This document shows, piece by piece, positions 30,078-36,470 of a stretch of DNA of 64,000 bases. Every line of letters starts with the position of its first letter. Position 1 is the stretch's first letter. The notes under the pieces are model-generated. The model had not been told where the DNA came from. It saw nothing but the letters and a program-made list of their open reading frames with translations, and did no database searches. Source of the stretch: Clostridia bacterium (GTDB lineage Bacteria; Bacillota; Clostridia; Christensenellales; UBA1242); the NCBI GenBank assembly GCA_036654655.1, contig JAVVRP010000001.1, forward strand, positions 138,426-202,425. The letters run 5' to 3'. Both the position numbers and the translations under genes were made by a program.

Positions 30078-30272
30078 TTAGGCATTAAGCATCTTTTTAA
30101 TGTTTTGTGCTTGTTTTCCGCAAAGATATCCACCTTTACGTAATCTTCTTTTTCGATCTTGCGACTTTTCACTAAGAAAGTGTCCGCGGTTTGCTTTTGC
30201 AAATTTAACGTTTCCTGCTTTTGAAACTTTAAAACGTTTTTTTGCACCGCTATGCGATTTCATTTTTGGCAT
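30078..30272 (-). CDS. rpmI: 50S ribosomal protein L35
   Basis: 64-aa ORF MPKMKSHSGAKKRFKVSKAGNVK..., a classic L35. Confidence 0.97.
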   Translation of the reverse strand: MPKMKSHSGAKKRFKVSKAGNVKFAKANRGHFLSEKSQDRKRRLRKGGYLCGKQAQNIKKMLNA

Positions 30273-30273
30273 T

Positions 30274-30801
30274 TTAATTCTCCTTTACTACTATTTTGTT
30301 AGGTGAGATTACAGCAGTTACATTTCTTCCTAAAAACACAGGAATTCCATCCATAACACCAACTCCGTTAAGCATTGCATAAAATTTTTCAATAATTCCT
30401 AGTGCATTTTTGGAATAAGTTTGTTCTCTTCTGCGAATTTTCAAAATTAACTTAACCTTGTTACCTTCGTTCAAAAATCTGATAGCATGTTTTGCTTTTG
30501 TTTCCATATCATGAACGTCAATGGTCATAGATAATTGTAACTCTTTGATTTCAACAATTTTTTGGTTCTTTTTAATTTCTTTCTCACGTTTTTGTGAATC
30601 AAATTTAAATTTTCCATAATCCATAATTTTGCAAACAACAGGTACGGCCGTTGGTGTGATTAATGCGATATCCAAGTTTTTTTCATTTGCCAGTTGTTTT
30701 GCTTTTTCCATTGGCATAACGCCAAGTTGTTCGCCAGTTTCGGAAATAAGCCTTACTTCCCTGGCACGAATTTGCTCGTTGATTTGAAGTTCTTTGAAAA
30801 T
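30274..30801 (-). CDS. infC: Translation initiation factor IF-3, ATT start codon
   Basis: The track ORF starts at an internal Met. The frame extends upstream as (I)FKELQINEQIRAREVRLISETGEQLGV..., a canonical IF3 N-terminus. The only candidate start is ATT at 30799-30801, 8 nt after AGGGGGG. An in-frame TAA lies 6 codons upstream (five sense codons between it and the ATT). Confidence 0.88.
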   Translation of the reverse strand: MFKELQINEQIRAREVRLISETGEQLGVMPMEKAKQLANEKNLDIALITPTAVPVVCKIMDYGKFKFDSQKREKEIKKNQKIVEIKELQLSMTIDVHDMETKAKHAIRFLNEGNKVKLILKIRRREQTYSKNALGIIEKFYAMLNGVGVMDGIPVFLGRNVTAVISPNKIVVKEN

Positions 30802-30937
30802 TGTCGTGTCCCCCCTAAATTAAAAATTGTGGAAACGAAATTCGTTTCCACAATTCAAAAATACAACCATAAAATTGATTTTGAAACCATCTGTGCTTAA
30901 TTGCAAGTGGTGAGAGCGGAAACTCTTCTTCGTTAAC
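30802..30937 (-). promoter_or_regulatory. infC operon 5' leader with terminator hairpin (L20-leader-type attenuator candidate)
   Basis: About 136-nt leader between the promoter and the ATT start. A near-perfect palindrome aattgtggaaacgaa/ttcgtttccacaatt (30826-30855) followed by TTTTTA lies about 25 nt before the start codon, so infC transcription must read through it. Confidence 0.55.
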
Positions 30938-30943
30938 GCAGTT

Positions 30944-30972
30944 ATTGTATCACATCACATACACCTTGTCAA
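30944..30972 (-). promoter_or_regulatory. Sigma-A promoter of infC-rpmI-rplT
   Basis: The minus strand reads TTGACA-17 nt-TACAAT, beginning 22 nt after the thrS stop. Confidence 0.6.
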
Positions 30973-30994
30973 TCATTTTTTATGTGTTTTGCTG

Positions 30995-32746
30995 TTAATT
31001 CTTTTTTAGTTCAATTTCATTTTTAAGCCTTGAAACAAAATCACTTAATTTTAATCCGTTGGCATTTTCATTGTTGCGCCCTCTTATAGAAATTGTTTGC
31101 TCTTGCATTTCATTATCTCCAACAATTATCATATAAGGAATTTTTTGTGATGCCGCTTCTCTAATTTTGTAGCCAATTTTTTCACTTCTGGTGTCTATAT
31201 CAACGCGCATTCCCTCTTTTTTAAGCCGTGCTTGAATTTGTTTTGCATATTCTTCTGTTCTTTCTGTTAAATTCATAACGATAACTTGAACAGGAGAAAT
31301 CCAAAGTGGAAGTGCTCCTGCATATTTTTCAATTAAATAAGCAAGAGTTCTTTCATAACATCCCAAACTTGTTCTATGAATAATGTAAGGGTTCCTTTTT
31401 TGTCCTTCTTTGTCCGTATATTTCATGTCAAAATTTTTTGCTAGCATTTGGTCAATTTGAACGGTAATTAACGTGTCCTCTTTACCCCAAACATTTCTTA
31501 TTTGAATGTCTAGTTTTGGGCCATAAAATGCCGCTTCGCCTACTGCTATTTTATATGGAATATTAAGATGATCCAAAATCTTTTTCATTGTGCTTTGTGC
31601 TTCATCCCACTGTTCTTTTGTGCCAATATACTTTTCTTTATTGTTTTCATCCCAAAGTGAAAACCTGTAAGATGCATCTTCATACAATCCCAAGGTTTTA
31701 AGCATAAATATTGCAAGTTCAACACAGCCACTAAATTCTTCTTCAAGTTGTTCAGGGGTACACATCAAATGCCCTTCTGAAATTGTAAATTGCCTTACCC
31801 TAATAAGTCCGTGCATTTCACCACTTGATTCGTTACGGAACAATGTTGATGTTTCGTCGTATCTAAGAGGTAAATCCTTGTAAGAACGAGAACGATTTAA
31901 ATACGCTTGATATTGAAATGGACAAGTCATTGGCCTTAATGCAAAAACTTCTTTATCAGTTTTTTCATCCCCCAATACAAACATACCTTCTTTATAGTGG
32001 TCCCAATGCCCAGAAATTTTGTATAAATCACTTTTGGCCATAAAAGGTGTTTTTGTTAACTGCCAACCACGTTTTTCTTCTTCGTCTTCAACAAATCTTT
32101 GTAAAAGTTGAATTATTTTTGCACCCTTTGGAAGCAAAATTGGAAGACCTTGCCCAATAACATCAACAGTTGTAAATAATTCCAGTTCACGCCCAATTTT
32201 GTTATGATCTCTTTTTTTAGCCTCTTCAATCATATTGTTATATTCTTTAAGTTCTTTTTCTGTTGGAAAAGCGTTAACATAAACGCGTTGTAGCATTTTG
32301 TTTTTCTCGCTACCTTTCCAATAAGCCCCACTTACACGTGATATTTCAAATGCAAATTGGCTTAACTCTTTTGTGTTTTCAACATGAGGTCCCCTGCAAA
32401 GATCAACAAAATCTTCGCCGAGATAATATACCGAAATAATCTCACTATCAGCAAGTCCATCAATCAATTCTAGTTTATATGGTTCATTTGCAAAAAGTTT
32501 TTTTGCGTCTTCTCTTAACAATTCTTTTCTAACAAAATATTGATTGGAACTAATTATTTTCCTCATCTCTTTTTGTATGCCTGCATATTGCTCAGGCTGA
32601 ATTGGTGCCATGTCAAAATCGTAATAAAATCCCTCATCAATGGCTGGACCAATTGCAACTTTAACGTTTGGAAATAGGTTTTTAACAGCCTTGGCAAGCA
32701 CGTGCGCCAAACTATGCCTGCATTTTTTTAATTCTTCTGATAACAT
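30995..32746 (-). CDS. thrS: Threonine--tRNA ligase (lacks N-terminal TGS domain)
   Basis: 583-aa ORF. It starts at the editing-domain HxxxH block (RHSLAHVLAKAV), followed by a class II catalytic core and anticodon-binding domain. GGGAGA SD. Confidence 0.95.
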   Translation of the reverse strand: MLSEELKKCRHSLAHVLAKAVKNLFPNVKVAIGPAIDEGFYYDFDMAPIQPEQYAGIQKEMRKIISSNQYFVRKELLREDAKKLFANEPYKLELIDGLADSEIISVYYLGEDFVDLCRGPHVENTKELSQFAFEISRVSGAYWKGSEKNKMLQRVYVNAFPTEKELKEYNNMIEEAKKRDHNKIGRELELFTTVDVIGQGLPILLPKGAKIIQLLQRFVEDEEEKRGWQLTKTPFMAKSDLYKISGHWDHYKEGMFVLGDEKTDKEVFALRPMTCPFQYQAYLNRSRSYKDLPLRYDETSTLFRNESSGEMHGLIRVRQFTISEGHLMCTPEQLEEEFSGCVELAIFMLKTLGLYEDASYRFSLWDENNKEKYIGTKEQWDEAQSTMKKILDHLNIPYKIAVGEAAFYGPKLDIQIRNVWGKEDTLITVQIDQMLAKNFDMKYTDKEGQKRNPYIIHRTSLGCYERTLAYLIEKYAGALPLWISPVQVIVMNLTERTEEYAKQIQARLKKEGMRVDIDTRSEKIGYKIREAASQKIPYMIIVGDNEMQEQTISIRGRNNENANGLKLSDFVSRLKNEIELKKN

Positions 32747-32769
32747 TTTTTTATTTTCTCCCTAGTTTT

Positions 32770-33129
32770 TCATTTTGATTTTTTTGATTTTTCAACCAAT
32801 TTGTAATATTCATCAAAAACTGCAATATTTTCTTGTTCGCTAGAAACTTTTTCAAGCGAAACATCATCCTCTGCGTTTTCTTTTATTTCAAAAGCAATTG
32901 CTTCATCATCTGCCACTCCATCTATTTTTGTAACAGGTTTTAAAATTGCATACAATTTTTCTTCAAGTGTAATTATTGCTACTTGATCAAATACATATTT
33001 TATGTCATTTTCATCTCTAAGTGTGACAGGATTTTCATTATCTTCATCCAACAAAATATCTAAAATATTTTGAGTTTCGTTCTCTGTTATATCTGTGGTT
33101 TTTATGATGGTTTTTGTTTTTTTGTTCAT
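32770..33129 (-). CDS. DUF1292/UPF0473 (YrzB-like) protein
   Basis: 119-aa acidic ORF. The block YVFDQVAIITLEEKLYAILKPV...DEAIAFEI is typical of DUF1292. It follows ruvX as yrzB does in Bacillus. Confidence 0.8.
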   Translation of the reverse strand: MNKKTKTIIKTTDITENETQNILDILLDEDNENPVTLRDENDIKYVFDQVAIITLEEKLYAILKPVTKIDGVADDEAIAFEIKENAEDDVSLEKVSSEQENIAVFDEYYKLVEKSKKSK

Positions 33130-33139
33130 TTTAACTCCT

Positions 33140-33565
33140 TTACATTTTATTCATATATGTTTGTAAAATTATTTGGGCAGAAATTTTGTCTAGCATTGCC
33201 TTTCGGTCAATTGTTTTAACTTTTGCAGATTTCAAAATTTCATTTGCTTCGTGTGAAGTCAAACGTTCGTCAACAAAAACAACCGAAATACCCGAAACTT
33301 TGATTAATTTATTAGCAAAATCTTTGACTTTTAATGCAATTTCGCCTTCCTTCCCATCCATTTGGAAAGGTAAACCCATGATAATTAAGCCCACATCTTG
33401 TGCTTTTGCAAGATCTGAAATACTTTGGATGTCCTGTTCTTCCCCTTTGCAAAAAATTGTTGAATGTGCCGAAGCAAACAATCTAAAAGGATCTGAAAAA
33501 GCAATTCCTATTCTTTTTAGCCCAAAGTCAATACCCATTAATCGTTTTTGTTTGTTAAATTCCAC
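33140..33565 (-). CDS. ruvX: Putative pre-16S rRNA nuclease / Holliday junction resolvase-like YqgF (RuvX)
   Basis: 141-aa ORF (GTG start). Has GIDFGLKRIGIA and DERLTS blocks. The start may be GTG 33565 (leaderless) or ATG 33538. Confidence 0.88.
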   Translation of the reverse strand: MEFNKQKRLMGIDFGLKRIGIAFSDPFRLFASAHSTIFCKGEEQDIQSISDLAKAQDVGLIIMGLPFQMDGKEGEIALKVKDFANKLIKVSGISVVFVDERLTSHEANEILKSAKVKTIDRKAMLDKISAQIILQTYMNKM

Positions 33566-33571
33566 ATTTAT

Positions 33572-33600
33572 ATTATAACCTTAAAAAAAATATTAGTCAA
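33572..33600 (-). promoter_or_regulatory. Sigma-A promoter for ruvX-DUF1292-thrS
   Basis: The minus strand reads TTGACT-17 nt-TATAAT. The -10 element ends 6 nt before the GTG at 33565. Confidence 0.55.
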
Positions 33601-33685
33601 TAATTTTATATCGCTTTCTTTATGTTAAAAAACTTTTAAATATATTTTTATTATAATAAGTTGTTTCCCTTTTAAAAAAAAACAC

Positions 33686-33697
33686 GTTATCAAATTT
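33686..33697. repeat. Left arm of 12-bp inverted repeat flanking the small-ORF cassette
   Basis: GTTATCAAATTT preceded by an A-run. Its exact reverse complement occurs at 34303-34314. Confidence 0.5.
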
Positions 33698-33733
33698 TGT
33701 GTTATGACAAACACCAAAAAAAACAACATATTT

Positions 33734-33916
33734 TCAGCAAAAATTTTTTAGTTTCTCCATCAATTCCTGTTCCGACTTCGCTTCCATCACCATTTTGTGA
33801 TAACTCTTTACCTGCTCTAAGGTTTTTGCTCCAAACAGAATAGTTGACATCTTGGCTAGTGTGGACTTCGAAAAGCCCTGTATTTTCTGTTTGTATTCCT
33901 CTGCATTCAAACTCAT
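33734..33916 (-). CDS. Hypothetical small helical protein A (60 aa)
   Basis: ATG preceded by AAGGGAGGA. The sequence is MSLNAEEYKQKIQGFSKSTLAKMSTILFGAKTLEQVKSYHKMVMEAKSEQELMEKLKNFC. Codon usage is visibly richer in G/C-ending codons (cag, gag, aag, tcg, ggc) than the flanking genes. Confidence 0.55.
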   Translation of the reverse strand: MSLNAEEYKQKIQGFSKSTLAKMSTILFGAKTLEQVKSYHKMVMEAKSEQELMEKLKNFC

Positions 33917-34068
33917 AAATATCCTCCCTTATTAAAGATAACTCCGTTTCGTTCTTTATATTTATTTTAATTATCTTATCAATTGAATAACCATTTTTCC
34001 CTGCATCAGTGAAAACAATTTTATTATTAACACCATTTTTGCCGGTGGCTATCTATTTTTACTATATC

Positions 34069-34281
34069 TTAAATCTCCATCAGTTTATCTAGAAAGTCCT
34101 GCTCGTTGTTTGTTTGCTCCATCAGTTGCTCGATTACTGTTATTGTTTTCTCTTTGTCTTGTGATTTTCCTATCACTTTTGCTATCACCCCATCCGTAGA
34201 ATTTTGCCACTTCTTCCTGCAAGATTTTGTTAATATTTCCAACGACCTCCCGAATTGTTTCTCCGTTATTGATTTTTTCAT
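34069..34281 (-). CDS. Hypothetical small helical protein B (70 aa)
   Basis: The internal ATG at 34279-34281 has a GAGGG SD about 10 nt upstream. The sequence is MKKSITEKQFGRSLEILTKSCRKKWQNSTDGVIAKVIGKSQDKEKTITVIEQLMEQTNNEQDFLDKLMEI. The C-terminal about 20 aa parallel protein A. The track's longer N-terminus is low-complexity. Confidence 0.5.
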   Translation of the reverse strand: MKKSITEKQFGRSLEILTKSCRKKWQNSTDGVIAKVIGKSQDKEKTITVIEQLMEQTNNEQDFLDKLMEI

Positions 34282-34302
34282 AAAAATAATCCCTCGCTTT
34301 TG

Positions 34303-34314
34303 AAATTTGATAAC
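34303..34314. repeat. Right arm of 12-bp inverted repeat flanking the small-ORF cassette
   Basis: AAATTTGATAAC followed by a T-run, the reverse complement of 33686-33697. Confidence 0.5.
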
Positions 34315-34384
34315 TTTTTTTGCTTTATATTTATTAATAATTAATGTACAAATTATCAACTTTTGACAACCTATAAAATACTTT

Positions 34385-35368
34385 TTAATTAATGTCTTTT
34401 ATCAAGTTTTTTATTTCTTCCATACTTAGCCAAACACTATTTTGATTTGTGGAATATTTAAGGTCAAACACTCTTTTATATTTTTTTAAAAAATCTTTTG
34501 AAGGGACAAATTGGCTGTTACACTCTATGTAATATTTATTATTTTCATAAATGTTACAATTTTCATTAAATATTTTTTCGTCAATTTTTTCACCTTTCCT
34601 TAAATTTATAATTTCATAAATTGGCTTGCCTAATAATGCCTCAACCAAATCAACAAGTTTAAAAGATGGCATTTTGGGAATCACAACTTCACCACCTTCC
34701 ATACTTTGTAAAATTAAATTTAAATAATAAGTTACATCATAAATTGAAAGCCAAAATCTACTCATGTTTTTGTCTGTAATTGGCAAAGTTGTTGCACCAT
34801 TTTTTATAAGATATTTAAATAATGGAATAACTGAACCACTGCTTCCTGCAATATTTCCACATCTTAATACAGAAAACTTTGTTACACCTTGTTTGTTGGC
34901 ATCCAAAAAAATTCTTTCGCTTATTAATTTTGACGCACCATACACAGAACTTGGCGCGCATGCTTTGTCTGTTGACATTATTATTGCTTTTTCTACATTA
35001 TTGTCAACACATAAACTTATAATATTTTTTGTTCCATCAACATTAATTTTTATTGCATTTTCAATGTTTTTTTCACACAAGTCAATATGTTTTAATGCGG
35101 CAGTATGTATGACAATATTAACGTTTATAAAAGCATTTTTTAACATCTGATAGTCACAAATATCACATAAAACAAATCGTATTTTTAACAAAACGTCACT
35201 TCCAAAACTTTCAACTAATTCGCGCTTAAAAATAACTTGATTGTACTCATTTCTAGAAATTAAAACAAGTTGTTTAACTTTGCTGTTTTGCAAAATAAAA
35301 TTTGTCATGGCTTTGCCAACAGTTCCCGTTCCCCCTGTTATTAAAACAATCTTATCATCATAAATCAT
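34385..35368 (-). CDS. pseB: UDP-N-acetylglucosamine 4,6-dehydratase-like (PseB/FlaA1/CapD, Polysacc_synt_2 family)
   Basis: The start is reset to MIYDDKIVLITGGTGTVGK (AGAGGA SD). Has Rossmann TGGTGxxGK, STDKA, YGASK and RCGNIAGSSGSVIPLF..LPITD..MSRFW, which parallel Helicobacter/Campylobacter PseB block by block. The track N-terminal extension would run through a terminator hairpin. Confidence 0.8.
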   Translation of the reverse strand: MIYDDKIVLITGGTGTVGKAMTNFILQNSKVKQLVLISRNEYNQVIFKRELVESFGSDVLLKIRFVLCDICDYQMLKNAFINVNIVIHTAALKHIDLCEKNIENAIKINVDGTKNIISLCVDNNVEKAIIMSTDKACAPSSVYGASKLISERIFLDANKQGVTKFSVLRCGNIAGSSGSVIPLFKYLIKNGATTLPITDKNMSRFWLSIYDVTYYLNLILQSMEGGEVVIPKMPSFKLVDLVEALLGKPIYEIINLRKGEKIDEKIFNENCNIYENNKYYIECNSQFVPSKDFLKKYKRVFDLKYSTNQNSVWLSMEEIKNLIKDIN

Positions 35369-35431
35369 AAAACATATCCTCTTTTGTATTATTTTTATTT
35401 TATTGTACAATATAATTGTTATAATTGTAAA

Positions 35432-35460
35432 CAAAAAAGCCTAAAAAGTTTTTTAGGCTC
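35432..35460 (-). terminator. Intrinsic terminator after the 49-aa ORF
   Basis: Minus-strand agcctaaa-loop-tttaggct (8-bp stem) followed by TTTTTT. Confidence 0.6.
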
Positions 35461-35483
35461 ACTTTTTTAAAATAAATTGTAAT

Positions 35484-35633
35484 TTATTTTACTTTTTTGC
35501 TTAAATTACTTATTTCTTTTTTGATTGCAGACTCACCTTTATTAATAACCTCTTTTGCTTTTGCACTATTTTTATAAATTAATGCGCCCGCGATAGCCCC
35601 AATGATTAAACCTATTGCCAAACCTTCTTTCAT
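35484..35633 (-). CDS. Small membrane-anchored protein (49 aa, YtxH-like), not in the supplied ORF track
   Basis: ATG preceded by a GGAGG SD. The sequence is MKEGLAIGLIIGAIAGALIYKNSAKAKEVINKGESAIKKEISNLSKKVK, a glycine-zipper TM helix plus an amphipathic tail. Followed by a terminator. Confidence 0.55.
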   Translation of the reverse strand: MKEGLAIGLIIGAIAGALIYKNSAKAKEVINKGESAIKKEISNLSKKVK

Positions 35634-35729
35634 ATATGCCTCCATTTGTTGGATATATTATTCGCAGATTTTTTGTTTTTATGCATTAAAAAAAACATTT
35701 TTAAATGTTTTTTGTAATTAATTTTTTGC

Positions 35730-36470
35730 TTATTTGATAGTTCTTTTGTAACTCATTTTAACAGTTTTTACACTTGTATTTGAAATAAGAATTTCATCCA
35801 TGTTTTTTTCTGCCTGAACAATTTTTTCATTATTATCATTAAGTATTGTTTTATTATCAGCAAAAACTTCAATTTTGTCATTTAAATTTGCAATAACTTC
35901 TGGCTGCTTAATTGTTTTTTTTCTGGGTCTGCCACGCCCAACTTTTGTTGCTGAAACAAAGCCAGACACATTGGTTGCACTTATTGTTGTTTGGCTGGTT
36001 ATTTTTTTGGGTCTGCCACGGCCAACACTTTTTTTAACAACTGGCAATATTGTTGCCTTATCTGCTTCTTCATTTTCTTCAACTTCAATGCTTAATTTGT
36101 TATACTTGCGTCTTTCCCAATCTTCAATAGCAGCATGAATAGCCTCTTCCGCCAAAACTGAACAATGAATTTTTTGTGCTGGCAACCCACCCAGTTCTGC
36201 AAGCACTTGACTGTTTTTTACACTGAGTGCGTACTCAACTGACTTACCTTTAATAAGATCACAGGCCATGTTTGTTGATGCTATTGCGGCCGCGCATCCA
36301 AAAGTTTTGAATTTTGCGTCCTCAATCATCCCATTATCCAAAATTTTAAGATAGATTTTCATTATGTCGCCACATGCTGGATTTCCTACTTTTCCAACTG
36401 CATTAGCGCCCTTTAAGTTTCCAGCATTTGTTGGATTTTTAAATATGTCTATAACTTTTTGATTATACAT
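35730..36470 (-). CDS. nifU: Fe-S cluster scaffold IscU/NifU-like fused to a C-terminal tail with two AT-hook motifs
   Basis: 246-aa ORF. Residues 1-125 are IscU-type (GNPACGD, FGCAAAIAS, HCSVLAEEA). The tail carries VGRGRPKKI and VGRGRPRKK 28 aa apart. Confidence 0.88.
   Translation of the reverse strand: MYNQKVIDIFKNPTNAGNLKGANAVGKVGNPACGDIMKIYLKILDNGMIEDAKFKTFGCAAAIASTNMACDLIKGKSVEYALSVKNSQVLAELGGLPAQKIHCSVLAEEAIHAAIEDWERRKYNKLSIEVEENEEADKATILPVVKKSVGRGRPKKITSQTTISATNVSGFVSATKVGRGRPRKKTIKQPEVIANLNDKIEVFADNKTILNDNNEKIVQAEKNMDEILISNTSVKTVKMSYKRTIK

Noticed and set aside
30038-30247. 69-aa ORF overlapping rpmI and rplT in another frame
   Set aside because: It is fully nested in the L35/L20 coding region, so it is a frame-shadow ORF.
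32747-32769. Looked for a T-box riboswitch upstream of thrS
   Set aside because: Only 23 nt separate thrS from the preceding gene, and no specifier or T-box sequence is possible there. I report the absence as a finding, not as a feature.
33676-33734. TGA read-through of small ORF A into KYVVFFGVCHNTKFDNVFFF, as a possible RiPP-like core after a Nif11-like leader
   Set aside because: There is no evidence for recoding. The downstream sequence is an A/T-run terminator-like region that also forms the left inverted-repeat arm, and no maturase genes are nearby. The idea is noted only as speculation.
35688-35712. A/T-only hairpin (aaacattt/aaatgttt) after nifU as a terminator
   Set aside because: The stem is almost entirely A-T pairs and cannot be distinguished from background in this composition.
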